This document shows, piece after piece, positions 20,403 to 30,101 of a stretch of DNA of 64,000 nucleotides. The notes beneath the pieces are model-generated. The model saw only the letters and a list, made by a program, of their open reading frames with translations. It did no database searches and was not told the origin of the DNA. Position 1 is the stretch's first letter; each line of letters starts with the position of its first letter. The stretch comes from a bacterium (GTDB lineage Bacteria > UBP14 > UBA6098). The position numbers were made by a program, and so were the translations under genes. The stretch spans positions 14,462-78,461 of the forward strand of contig JAGLDC010000035.1 in the NCBI GenBank assembly GCA_023145965.1, written 5' to 3'.

Positions 20403-21131
20403 ATGAAATTCGTTTCAACTAGTTTTTTTATCCCTTCAAATTGCATCTCCCGTGGGCAAGTTAAATTTCCTAAGGATGAAAGCACCCATGTCTATAAAGT
20501 CATGCGTGCTTCTGTTGGGGATACAGTGCGCGCTGTCGATGGCAAGGGACATATATATTGGGTAAAAATCACTCGTGTTGATATTATGCACAGCAGAGGC
20601 GAGATAATCGAAACGACAACTACGGAGTTAGAACCACACACCCTCTTCTCGTTAGCTATGGGAACCATTTTACCAAAACGCATGGAAGCAGCTTGGGATT
20701 CATGCGTTCAGTTGGGAATTTCAACCCTAATTCCGGTAAGAACAAAATTCTCTCTTTCGCGTATAAGAGAGGATGGAAAATTCATCGATAGGTTAAATGC
20801 AGTTGGAAAAAGAGCTATGCTTCAAAGCGGTAGAGCTGTTCATCCGACCGTAGAAATGCCCTGCGAGTTGAGCGAAATTGTTATACACGATTTTAACACC
20901 ATACTTTTTGGCGACGAGGAAGGTTTGCCTACGCCACCATCAGAAAAACCAAAACTCGGGGAAAAAGTGCTCTTATTAGTTGGACCCGAAGGGGGGTTTT
21001 CAGCGGAGGAAAAGAGGATTATCGAACAAGCCGGTGGCGTCGGAATATCACTTGGGCCGAGAAAGTTAAGAGCGGAAACAGCTGCAGTAACGCTTTCTGT
21101 TTTGGCCTTAAGGTGGTCGAGGGACATATAA
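20403..21131 (+). CDS. rsmE: 16S rRNA (uracil1498-N3)-methyltransferase RsmE
   Basis: Length 242 aa. PUA-like N-terminus and the LLVGPEGGFSAEE motif. Confidence 0.75.
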   Translation: MKFVSTSFFIPSNCISRGQVKFPKDESTHVYKVMRASVGDTVRAVDGKGHIYWVKITRVDIMHSRGEIIETTTTELEPHTLFSLAMGTILPKRMEAAWDSCVQLGISTLIPVRTKFSLSRIREDGKFIDRLNAVGKRAMLQSGRAVHPTVEMPCELSEIVIHDFNTILFGDEEGLPTPPSEKPKLGEKVLLLVGPEGGFSAEEKRIIEQAGGVGISLGPRKLRAETAAVTLSVLALRWSRDI

Positions 21132-21223
21132 TTTGGGTCTTAATAATTTTATAAAGCATCAAATTGTAGGAATATCGCGTTTGCTTAGAAACTTATATTT
21201 TAAATAATTAAATTCATGGAGTT

Positions 21224-22636
21224 TTGATGAGATTTTTTGTTCTGATACTTTGCCTTTTTTTATTCGTTATCTCCGCTTTTTCAGCAGGGATGAACCTACC
21301 ATGTGTCGGGGCAAAAGCACTTTCTATGGGTGGCGCTTTCCGCGCTATCGCCGACGATGGTTCTGCAGTGTTTTGGAATCCAGCTGGATTGTCTGCTAAT
21401 GATGCTTCACAAGTAAATCTGCTCGGGCAATTACTTCTGACTTTTTCAACATATGTCGCCGACGACACGCTTATCGCAATAAATCAGCTTTTTCGCGAGG
21501 GAACAAACGAAAAAATCGATAAAACCTTTTTCCTTGGGAACGGCTATTTTACTTATGCCCCAAAGAAACTCGAGAGATGGCGCTTCGGCTTAGGTATATA
21601 TTCCCCTGCCGGAGTCGGAAGCACTTGGGATGTGCTTAAAGAGAACGGCAGCGGTGGAGTAGGAAAGATTAATCCAAGCGAGATGAACTCGATGTTCCCT
21701 GATTCCGATTACATTATGAGCACCACTGAATCCTTACCCTATAAGGATTTTCGAGGAACATTGGGGTGTTATTCGATCAACCCTGGAACGAGCTACAATT
21801 TAACTAATAAGGTTTCTCTGGGTATATCCGCAATTTGGACCTTCGCAGTTCTAGATATTGGGATACCATCATCAGATTACGATAAAATGCAAACAGATAC
21901 CGGCGTAGTTTTTCAGGAAGGTGAATTTTCCGGAGAAAGCTACGGCTTTAATTTGGGTGTGCTTTATAAACCGAACAAAAGACTATCGTTTGGAGGAAAT
22001 CTCAAGTATCAGACAGATTTTTCATTCGAAGGCGATTTAACCGAGACTGTATATAAATTCTACAACGAGGATCTTCACAATCTTGGCTTGTTTATAGGGG
22101 ACACGATCCTTTCTGGTGGAAAGCTTATCAAACCCCCAGTGCGCGCGTATGCGGAACTCTCGCGTCCATTTGAATTGGGCGTGGGATCAGCTTATAAATT
22201 GGGAGAAAAATTAACAATTTCTCTCGATTTGTCATATACTTACTGGTCTTCTGTCGATTCGATAATCCTAAAATCCCGCGAAGGCGAACAACTGGTAACC
22301 ATGGCGATGCATTGGGTTGATACATATAGAATTTCTGTTGGTGGAGAATATCAATTTTCGGCGCTTTCAGCGCGATTGGGTGCTTTCTATGAACCCAATC
22401 CTTCCGTTTTGGATTTTCAGAATCTTTTCATACCAGAGATGAATGACAGAGTTGCCTTCACTGGAGGACTTGGACTACATCTCAAAGATTTTCTTTTGGA
22501 ATTTTCTGCGGAGACAGAATTCTTTGGAGAGATAATCGCAAGCCCAAATTTTGAGGGAGATTTTCCGGTCAACATCCCGGGAACATACACAGGTAAAGTT
22601 GGGGATTTAATCTTATCGGCAACATATATTTTTTAG
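21224..22636 (+). CDS. Outer-membrane beta-barrel transporter of the FadL/OmpP1/TodX family
   Basis: Signal peptide. N-terminal motif GAKALSMGGAFRAIADDGSAVFWNPAGL. C-terminal aromatic residue (…ATYIF). Confidence 0.6.
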   Translation: MMRFFVLILCLFLFVISAFSAGMNLPCVGAKALSMGGAFRAIADDGSAVFWNPAGLSANDASQVNLLGQLLLTFSTYVADDTLIAINQLFREGTNEKIDKTFFLGNGYFTYAPKKLERWRFGLGIYSPAGVGSTWDVLKENGSGGVGKINPSEMNSMFPDSDYIMSTTESLPYKDFRGTLGCYSINPGTSYNLTNKVSLGISAIWTFAVLDIGIPSSDYDKMQTDTGVVFQEGEFSGESYGFNLGVLYKPNKRLSFGGNLKYQTDFSFEGDLTETVYKFYNEDLHNLGLFIGDTILSGGKLIKPPVRAYAELSRPFELGVGSAYKLGEKLTISLDLSYTYWSSVDSIILKSREGEQLVTMAMHWVDTYRISVGGEYQFSALSARLGAFYEPNPSVLDFQNLFIPEMNDRVAFTGGLGLHLKDFLLEFSAETEFFGEIIASPNFEGDFPVNIPGTYTGKVGDLILSATYIF

Positions 22637-22645
22637 GTGTAATGA

Positions 22646-24199
22646 ATGTTTGTTGACACACACGCACATATAGATTTCGAGGATTTCACCGATGAGCTTG
22701 ATAACGTTATCTCGAGGGCATGGGATGTCGGCGTTAGGACAATAGTGATTCCGTCGATAGAGGCGAAAACAATGCAAAAAGCGGCCTCGATAGCTGAAAG
22801 TTTCCCCCACATATGGTTTGCCGCTGGATGGCATCCAAGTGATGCGGATTCCTTCGATGAAAGCTTGTTTAAGCATTATCTCGGCCATCCAAAATGCATT
22901 GCCATTGGAGAAATAGGCCTTGATTTTTACCGAGAACACACTGAGAAATCGCTACAAATAGAGGTTTTTAGAAAACAACTTGGGATAGCAGCGGATAGAT
23001 CGCTTCCTGTTATAATCCATATTCGTGAGGCTTGGGACGAGGCTCGAAAGATAATTGATGAATTCCCGGAAGTTGTTTGCGATTTTCATGCCTTTTCGGG
23101 CGGGGCCGAGGAGGTTGAGTGGATAGTGCAAAGAAGCGGATATATGGGGCTTGGAGGGCCATTAACCTTCAAGAATTTTAAAAGAAGCGAGACAATCGAA
23201 ACCATCCCTATGGGAAATATCCTCCTTGAAACGGATTGCCCTTTTCTCGCACCACACCCCCATAGAGGAAATCGAAATGAACCGTCATTCATTCCTTTAA
23301 TCGCCGATAAGGTGGCTGAATTCAAATCAGTCGAATTGGACAAGGTCGAAATGGTAACAACTGCAAATCTTAAGCGGTTTTTAGGTATTCCGATGCCGAT
23401 TTCCATTAGCAACAAGAATATTGCAAAAAGATCACTATCTCAGAATTTTTTATGCGATGATAATATTATCAAGAAATTTGTTAGCATCATCAATAAAACA
23501 GATTTAATCATCGAAATTGGAGCTGGCAATGGCGAGATTACTTCATATTTACCCGAGAAATCTCTCAATATCTGGGTAACAGAACCTGATTGGGGGCGCA
23601 TCCCGGCATTAAAAAAGGCTGCGCCGGAAACGATCATTCTTCCAATGAAAGTCCAGAACATCGACCTAAAAGGGCTTTGCTCTTTCGAGGGCAAAAAAGC
23701 GACAATAGTCGGCAACCTTCCATATGCTGATAGTTCTCAAATAATTTTTCAAATTATCGAGCATCGTGATATTATCGATAGGGCTATCATTATGATACAA
23801 AAGGAGTTTGCCGAAAGACTGTGTGCCTGTCCGGGTTCTAAAAAATATGGCATCCCGAGTGTGCTTCTGTCATTATTTTTTGATGTTAATTATCAATTCG
23901 ATGTCTCGCCGCATTGTTTTAAACCTGTGCCAAGGGTTGATTCCTCCGTTATATCAATGGTGCCAAGAAAAGAAACACCTGCCCAAAAAGTTGAATACCA
24001 TTTATTGAAAGACATCATTAAATCTGCATTCTCGCACAGGCGAAAAACCATAGCTAATTCGATGAAATGGGCTTTCGGGCAATATGATCTAATTCCAATC
24101 TTGAAGACCGTAGGAATAAATCCCTCGGACAGAGCGGAAAATATATCGCCAGAGAGTTTCGTAAACTTAGCGATAGCCCTCGGAAAGACAGTGCTCTGA
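22646..24199 (+). CDS. In-frame fusion of TatD-family metal-dependent DNase/hydrolase (N-terminal half) with 16S rRNA (adenine1518/1519-N6)-dimethyltransferase RsmA/KsgA (C-terminal half)
   Basis: N-terminus MFVDTHAHIDF...GEIGLDFY...ETDCPFLAP is TatD. From about residue 255 the sequence MPISISNKNIAKRSLSQNFL...IEIGAGNGEIT...VGNLPY is KsgA. There is no stop between them. The stop overlaps the pgsB start (TGATG). Confidence 0.65.
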   Translation: MFVDTHAHIDFEDFTDELDNVISRAWDVGVRTIVIPSIEAKTMQKAASIAESFPHIWFAAGWHPSDADSFDESLFKHYLGHPKCIAIGEIGLDFYREHTEKSLQIEVFRKQLGIAADRSLPVIIHIREAWDEARKIIDEFPEVVCDFHAFSGGAEEVEWIVQRSGYMGLGGPLTFKNFKRSETIETIPMGNILLETDCPFLAPHPHRGNRNEPSFIPLIADKVAEFKSVELDKVEMVTTANLKRFLGIPMPISISNKNIAKRSLSQNFLCDDNIIKKFVSIINKTDLIIEIGAGNGEITSYLPEKSLNIWVTEPDWGRIPALKKAAPETIILPMKVQNIDLKGLCSFEGKKATIVGNLPYADSSQIIFQIIEHRDIIDRAIIMIQKEFAERLCACPGSKKYGIPSVLLSLFFDVNYQFDVSPHCFKPVPRVDSSVISMVPRKETPAQKVEYHLLKDIIKSAFSHRRKTIANSMKWAFGQYDLIPILKTVGINPSDRAENISPESFVNLAIALGKTVL

Positions 24200-25407
24200 T
24201 GGAATTATTCCTCATTCTGCTTATAATTGCGCTAATCGTCTGGTGGGTTTTGGAATATCGCCGGCATTCTATGAATGTAGATAGAATAAAAATTCGAATC
24301 CATGTCAACGGCACTAGAGGAAAATCCTCTGTAACTAGGCTTATCGCTGGCGCGCTTCGCGAGGGTGGAATTCACACGGTTGCAAAAACTACCGGCACAA
24401 TTCCGAGGCTTATTCTTCCAGATGGCACCGAGGAACCCATAGTGCGTCTCGGCTCGCCAAATATTCACGAACAGGTTGCAATCGTTCGCCGGGCTGTCGA
24501 TCTCGATGCAGAGGCACTTGTTATTGAATGTATGGCGCTACTTCCAGAGTATCAAGAAATATCTGAGCGCAAAATCATTAAAAGCACCATCGATGTCATA
24601 ACCAACGCACGCCCCGATCATCTAGATGTGATGGGACCAACCGGACATGATGTAATCGATGCGCTTTGCGGCACAATCTCGAAGGGGAACATCTGTTTTA
24701 CTTCTGAAAAGGAGCATTTTGACCATATAGAGAAAAATGCCATCGATAACGGAGCGACAATTGTGCAAGCAGTTCCCTCCACTATTGAAAAAACCGATAT
24801 GGCTGGATTTTCATACATCGAACACGAGGAAAATGTTGCATTAGCGCTTAAAGTGGCTGAACATTTGGGGATTTCTCGCGAAACTGCCATTCGAGGAATG
24901 CAAAAAGCGACCCCTGATATCGGCGCATTGACCGTTTATAAAGTTGAATTCTTCGGGAAAGTAGCAATATTCTATAATGCTTTTGCCGCCAACGATCCCG
25001 AATCTACCGGTGCGCTCTGGGTCAAGCTTAAACTCGATACAGACCCAACCTTCCCAACAATTGTGCTAGCGAATAACCGTGCAGACCGTGCAAGCCGAAC
25101 TTCACAGCTTGCAGAAATGTTAGTGGATAAAGTCCATGCTAATTATTATATATTAACAGGAACGAATACTAAGCTTCTCGTCGAGAAGCTCGATCGGCAT
25201 GGTATGAATATGACCGCAGTTTACGATATGGGTGGAGTGGAGGTCGAAGATATATTCGAGCTTTGCATGGAATTGACGCCCACACACAGTTCCATAGTGG
25301 GTGTAGGGAATATTGGTGGTATAGGCAGGGAAATTTTGGCCTATTTCGAGGCAAGAGCTTTGCCTCGTAAAACACACCACCATGACGACAGCGCAAATGG
25401 GGTATAA
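24199..25407 (+). CDS. pgsB: Poly-gamma-glutamate synthase, amide ligase subunit PgsB/CapB
   Basis: N-terminal TM followed by IRIHVNGTRGKSSVTRLIAGAL (Mur-ligase-like P-loop), matching the B. subtilis PgsB N-terminus. Further collinear motifs ECMA, DHLDVMGPT and GVGNIGG. Confidence 0.85.
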   Translation: MELFLILLIIALIVWWVLEYRRHSMNVDRIKIRIHVNGTRGKSSVTRLIAGALREGGIHTVAKTTGTIPRLILPDGTEEPIVRLGSPNIHEQVAIVRRAVDLDAEALVIECMALLPEYQEISERKIIKSTIDVITNARPDHLDVMGPTGHDVIDALCGTISKGNICFTSEKEHFDHIEKNAIDNGATIVQAVPSTIEKTDMAGFSYIEHEENVALALKVAEHLGISRETAIRGMQKATPDIGALTVYKVEFFGKVAIFYNAFAANDPESTGALWVKLKLDTDPTFPTIVLANNRADRASRTSQLAEMLVDKVHANYYILTGTNTKLLVEKLDRHGMNMTAVYDMGGVEVEDIFELCMELTPTHSSIVGVGNIGGIGREILAYFEARALPRKTHHHDDSANGV

Positions 25408-25458
25408 AGAATAAGTTCGTAAGTATAATGCTGTTTTAACCAATTTTCGGAGTTTATT

Positions 25459-25926
25459 ATGCTCTGGTTGTCTGTAGGTCTTGGATTGGTATTATCGCTC
25501 GGCTTCGCCGAATGGTTTGGACTTGCCGCTGGTGGGCTTGTAGTCCCGGGCTATATCGCTCTTTTCTGGAGCGAACCACTTAAAGTGGTGGGAACGGTAA
25601 TTATTGCCATAGCCGCGTTCGGTTCGATAAAAGTAATAAGCCAATACACACTTATTTATGGAAGACGCAAACTGGTTCTAACTGTGCTTATTGCATTTGT
25701 TTATGCTTGGCTTTTCAGGGTTCTTTTACAAGGCGAATACGGATTGTTTCTTAATTCTTTCGACCCCATCGGTTTTATAATTCCCGGCCTTTTAGCCTAC
25801 TGGATGGATAAGCAGGGAGTTATCGATACACTCAGCACTATGGTAATTGCCAGTATTGTCGTCCGGCTAATGCTTATTATTTTTAGAGGAGGTGAGCTTC
25901 TTGAAGTGGCACTCCCGACGAGTTAA
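25459..25926 (+). CDS. pgsC: Poly-gamma-glutamate synthase membrane subunit PgsC/CapC
   Basis: 155-aa polytopic membrane protein. AGGLVVPGYIAL...YGRRK...IIPGLLA is collinear with B. subtilis PgsC. Confidence 0.8.
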   Translation: MLWLSVGLGLVLSLGFAEWFGLAAGGLVVPGYIALFWSEPLKVVGTVIIAIAAFGSIKVISQYTLIYGRRKLVLTVLIAFVYAWLFRVLLQGEYGLFLNSFDPIGFIIPGLLAYWMDKQGVIDTLSTMVIASIVVRLMLIIFRGGELLEVALPTS

Positions 25927-27001
25927 TCTAGGCGCTTTAGTTTTCCTTGCACTCATAGGTATAGCAATCATGGCTATTGTCGAGCTTTCCAAGGTACGTG
26001 TGAAGAAACCATATTTTGAAGAGAAAGTCGAAGCCTCTAATCTCACTCAAATAGCTTTTTTAACGATCAACAATACCGGCGGTGATTGTGTGGTAATTGA
26101 CTCGGTGGTCGATAGGAACGGAACCGGCCTTATCGGTGAGCAGTTCACATTAATTACCACCGATAGAGGAAATTTAACATCTAAATTAACCACAACAAAT
26201 CCCAACTGGGGCGCGGTAGTTGTCGATATGTTACGCGAAGTTGGTGTTGACGCCGGAGATTACGTCGCCGTGGCATACACTGGCTCGATGCCCGCATTAA
26301 ATATCGCTGTCATCACTGCGGTGCAAACTATCGGTGCGATTCCAGTTATTGTTTCCAGTGTTGGAGCCTCTATGTGGGGCGCGAACAACCCAAATTTCGC
26401 ATGGCTCGATATGGAAAATACTCTTTTTGATAAAGGGGTATTCAAGTATAAAAGCATAGCCGCATCTTTGGGTGGAAGAGGCGACATTGGCGGTAATGTC
26501 TCTCCTGAAGGAAGAAGAATTCTCCGCGAAATAATCGAGCGAAACTCGATTCCCTTCATAAACGCGGCGACGCTGGACGAGTCGATAGATAAACGGGTGC
26601 AAATCTATGAAGAGGCCTTGCCTCAAGAAAAAAGATATTCGGCTTATGTAAATGTCGGTGGTGGTTTAGGCTCTATCGGGAGTGGCCAAAACCTCGTTGC
26701 GCTGCGCTCTGGGATCAATATGCGTGTCCCGGTGGGCAATTACTCTCGAAAAGGCGCGATGATTAAATTCGGAGAAAAGGGAATACCGATGATAGTCCTT
26801 TCGGATATTAACAATATAGCCGCTCGATACGGCCTGCCGATTGCACCAGAACCTTTACCGGATATTCCTCATGGAGATGTTTATTCCGAACTAAAATATA
26901 GATTATGGCTTGTGATAGTTGGCTTAGTATTTTATTTGTCATTGGTTTTTGTTATTGTTAGAGTGGATCTGAAAGGTATAATTTTCAGAAGGAAGAGATA
27001 A
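25892..27001 (+). CDS. Membrane-anchored PGA-system protein (PgsAA-like, non-CapA third component as in Fusobacterium-type PGA loci)
   Basis: N-terminal TM. No metallophosphatase (CapA) motifs. Immediately follows pgsB-pgsC. Assignment to the 'poly-gamma-glutamate system protein' family rests on context and recalled family features. The start may be an internal GTG/ATG. Confidence 0.45.
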   Translation: MSFLKWHSRRVNLGALVFLALIGIAIMAIVELSKVRVKKPYFEEKVEASNLTQIAFLTINNTGGDCVVIDSVVDRNGTGLIGEQFTLITTDRGNLTSKLTTTNPNWGAVVVDMLREVGVDAGDYVAVAYTGSMPALNIAVITAVQTIGAIPVIVSSVGASMWGANNPNFAWLDMENTLFDKGVFKYKSIAASLGGRGDIGGNVSPEGRRILREIIERNSIPFINAATLDESIDKRVQIYEEALPQEKRYSAYVNVGGGLGSIGSGQNLVALRSGINMRVPVGNYSRKGAMIKFGEKGIPMIVLSDINNIAARYGLPIAPEPLPDIPHGDVYSELKYRLWLVIVGLVFYLSLVFVIVRVDLKGIIFRRKR

Positions 27002-27075
27002 ACACTCTGTCCGAGTTTTGTTTGACATTTTAGGGTATCGAATATACTTTTCCTTTAAATAAGGTTAAAGCAACT

Positions 27076-28320
27076 ATGAAAAAAATTATTATTCTTTCTG
27101 TTTTATTTGCATCGATAGCTTTCTGTTCGGGAAGTTATGTGCACGTGGGTCAAATTGACTTATTCTCTATCGAGCAGGCCGGAGGAGGTTTTTCTTCGAT
27201 TAAGCGAGCAAACCTGGCCACTCGCGCCATCGAAATGGTGATGGAAAACCCCAATTCCTCGACTGATTCTATTCTTATTGCAAATAATGGCAGCCTTGTT
27301 ACTGTCAATTTTAAACGAACTAGATTATTCACTGTTCATCCCGCTGATACGACCGGAACCGGGCTCACTCAGATGGAACTCGCCGAACGCTGGCGCAAAG
27401 CAACAATCGAGGGCATCGAAACCGAGAGGAAGAGATCCATCTCGGCTGGTAACCTCGCCAAATTTGCTCTCGGAGTGCTTTTCCCATTTCTCGTCATAGT
27501 AATATATATTTTAGTTCAAAAGCTCTATTCATCACTTTGTAAAAGCGCAATCAAGAAAGAAGGAACATTCTTTAAAGGAATTAGCTTCCGTAATGTAGAG
27601 GTTATTCCAGCCAAACTACAGGTCAATATTGTACTTAAGCTATTGGTATTTTTCAAATGGGCATTGCTCACTTTAATCTTCTATGTAATGATATTGGTTT
27701 TCTTCAATCTGTTTCCAGCTACCAAGATCTATACCGAGGCGATACTTGAAACAAGCCTACATTGGCTGAGGAATATCGGCAATCTAATGGCCGATGTCCT
27801 AAAATTTATCGTATTCAGTCTGGTGTTCTATCTAATCGCCCGAGTTCTATGGGGTTTGTCGGACATGACATTCAGACACTATGCCACTTCTCCCACAACA
27901 ATAAAGATACCTCAGGCAGCTTTAGAACCTCTTCGTCGCTTAACCAAGATAATTATTGTATTTATCTTCCTTTTACTGCTATTAGCAGCAATTCCTGGGC
28001 CGGGGAATTATTTCGCGCTTGTTCTTTTTGTGGCACTTTTAATAGTAACTTCCATAGCCGCAATGCCCTTCATTACGAGTGCTATCGCAGGCTTATCGAT
28101 ACTCCTAACCCGACAGATCAAAACCGAGGATAGAGTGGAAGTCGATGGTATAATTGGCCAAGTTAAATCTATCGGTTTACTCTGGACCACAATCGAGATC
28201 GATGAAAATAAAACAGCGATACTAATGAACCACAGTCTCCTTGCTGAAAAAACGATACGCTTTCGAAACGATAAGGTCGAACTATCTGATAATAAAACAC
28301 CCGGGGATTCCGATAAATGA
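27076..28320 (+). CDS. MscS-like mechanosensitive channel family membrane protein with an N-terminal periplasmic domain
   Basis: Signal peptide, about 140-aa periplasmic region, several TM helices. MscS beta-domain signature EDRVEVDGIIGQVKSIGLLWTTIEIDENKTAILMNHSLLAEKTIRFRN. The C-terminal alpha/beta cap appears truncated. Confidence 0.45.
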   Translation: MKKIIILSVLFASIAFCSGSYVHVGQIDLFSIEQAGGGFSSIKRANLATRAIEMVMENPNSSTDSILIANNGSLVTVNFKRTRLFTVHPADTTGTGLTQMELAERWRKATIEGIETERKRSISAGNLAKFALGVLFPFLVIVIYILVQKLYSSLCKSAIKKEGTFFKGISFRNVEVIPAKLQVNIVLKLLVFFKWALLTLIFYVMILVFFNLFPATKIYTEAILETSLHWLRNIGNLMADVLKFIVFSLVFYLIARVLWGLSDMTFRHYATSPTTIKIPQAALEPLRRLTKIIIVFIFLLLLLAAIPGPGNYFALVLFVALLIVTSIAAMPFITSAIAGLSILLTRQIKTEDRVEVDGIIGQVKSIGLLWTTIEIDENKTAILMNHSLLAEKTIRFRNDKVELSDNKTPGDSDK

Positions 28321-30101
28321 AAACAATCGTAATGTCACTCTGCCTTTTGTCTATTGCGGTAGCATTTGGAGCGCCAAATTGGGTTTTCTTTGAGGATAAG
28401 GGTTTTCAGCGCGGAGGTCGCGCTGAAAAGGAAGCAATATCATCGGTGGAAAATCGAGTATCTCAACGAAGTCTTCACCGAAGAGCACTCAGAGGAAATC
28501 CTTTAGATTATGAGGACATTCCGGTTTTTCCAAAATATATCGAACGAATAGAAAATTCAGGGGCTAAAATCCGAGTAATATCGAAATTTCTGAATGCGGT
28601 TAGTGTCGAGGCCGACGAAACTGCACTTTCCATGATTATTGAATTACCATTTGTGGAGCATACCAAACCGGTGGCAAGCTTTCGTAGGGATAGGCCTTTC
28701 GATCTCCATGAGTCTGTCCCATCCTACGGTGATTATGGCACCAGTTGGACACAAAACCGTATGATTGGCGCCGACAGAGCACACTCTTTGGGGCTAACAG
28801 GAGATGGAGTTCTTGTGTGCATCACCGATACGGGATTCAAACTCGATCACCTTGCTTTGGACTCTTCTGAGGTGCTTGGGGCATACGATTTTATTGATGA
28901 TGATAGTATAGTAAGCTTCGAACCGGGCGACCCAAGTCCCTCAGAATCCCATGGAACCATGACATGGTCGGTTATAGGAGGCTACTACCCCGGCGATCTA
29001 ATCGGCACAGCTTATGGTGTGTCTGTTCTCCTCGCGAGAACAGAACACTATACAATGGAATCGCCTGTCGAGGAGGATTATTGGATTGCAGCTGGAGAAT
29101 GGGCGGATAGCGCCGGCGCGGATGTTATCTCAGTGAGCCTCGGGTATTCTGACTGGTACACACCCGATTCCATGACTGGCGATATTGCACCAATCAGCAT
29201 AGTCGCCGATATTCTTGCCGAGCACGGTATTTGCTGCGTGATATGTTCAGGTAACCATGGGAGTGCTGGCGCGACTAGTGTTACTGTTCCGGGCGATGCT
29301 GATTCGGTTATTACCGTTGGAGCAGTTGATATGTATGGAAATCGCTTAAGTTTTTCAGGCCAAGGGCCGACAGCCGATGGTCGAATCAAACCCGAGTTAT
29401 CGGCTCTGGGAATCGGAGTTAAAGCCGCAAGTAGCAGTGGCATATCGGATTTCAGAACAAGCTCCGGCACCAGTGCCTCCACACCTTTAGTAGCCGGACT
29501 CACTGCTCTCATGTTGGAAGCGCGCCCGGAACTCGCGCCGATGGATATTAGGACAGCCCTTATATCCACTGCATCGAACAATGAAACACCGAATAACGAG
29601 ATAGGTTGGGGCATTCCTGATATCATGGCCGCTTTAAGCTATCCTGTTGGCGGTGAAGCCGCAATACCGATTTATACAGGATGGAATCTCGTTAGTATTC
29701 CATTAGCGGACACCATCACCTGTGATGCTGCTTTCCCTGGACACATCGGTGATATATGGCTTTGGGAACCCGATTCCGCCGCTTATATCGAGGCTACAGT
29801 TATCGAACCGGGTAAGGGGTATTTTGTGCTTTATGATTGCGACACGCTTCTTATTATAAACGGCGATACCCCCCTTAACTCTATCGATCTCGAACTCTCG
29901 TCTGGCTGGCACGCAATTGGCGCTGTGGCTAGCACTAACTCGTTGGGGACTATCGCAAGTCGTTCAACAGCGAGTATTCACAATGATTTCTATCTATTTA
30001 GCAAAGACACAGATCAATATAAACAAACAAAGCAATTTCCACCGGGGCATGGCGGATTCCTTCTTGTAACCGTTGGAGGTTCAGTCAGGTTGGCAGAATG
30101 A
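28317..30101 (+). CDS. Secreted subtilisin-like S8 serine peptidase with an N-terminal I9-like propeptide
   Basis: ATGA start/stop overlap with the upstream gene. Catalytic motifs VLVCITDTGF, SHGTMTW and SSGTSASTPLVAG. Signal peptide present. Confidence 0.75.
   Translation: MKTIVMSLCLLSIAVAFGAPNWVFFEDKGFQRGGRAEKEAISSVENRVSQRSLHRRALRGNPLDYEDIPVFPKYIERIENSGAKIRVISKFLNAVSVEADETALSMIIELPFVEHTKPVASFRRDRPFDLHESVPSYGDYGTSWTQNRMIGADRAHSLGLTGDGVLVCITDTGFKLDHLALDSSEVLGAYDFIDDDSIVSFEPGDPSPSESHGTMTWSVIGGYYPGDLIGTAYGVSVLLARTEHYTMESPVEEDYWIAAGEWADSAGADVISVSLGYSDWYTPDSMTGDIAPISIVADILAEHGICCVICSGNHGSAGATSVTVPGDADSVITVGAVDMYGNRLSFSGQGPTADGRIKPELSALGIGVKAASSSGISDFRTSSGTSASTPLVAGLTALMLEARPELAPMDIRTALISTASNNETPNNEIGWGIPDIMAALSYPVGGEAAIPIYTGWNLVSIPLADTITCDAAFPGHIGDIWLWEPDSAAYIEATVIEPGKGYFVLYDCDTLLIINGDTPLNSIDLELSSGWHAIGAVASTNSLGTIASRSTASIHNDFYLFSKDTDQYKQTKQFPPGHGGFLLVTVGGSVRLAE

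Noticed and set aside
29078-29626. 182-aa minus-strand ORF
   Set aside because: Antisense to the well-supported S8 peptidase gene. Ala/Ser/Pro-rich shadow translation of GC-rich coding sequence.
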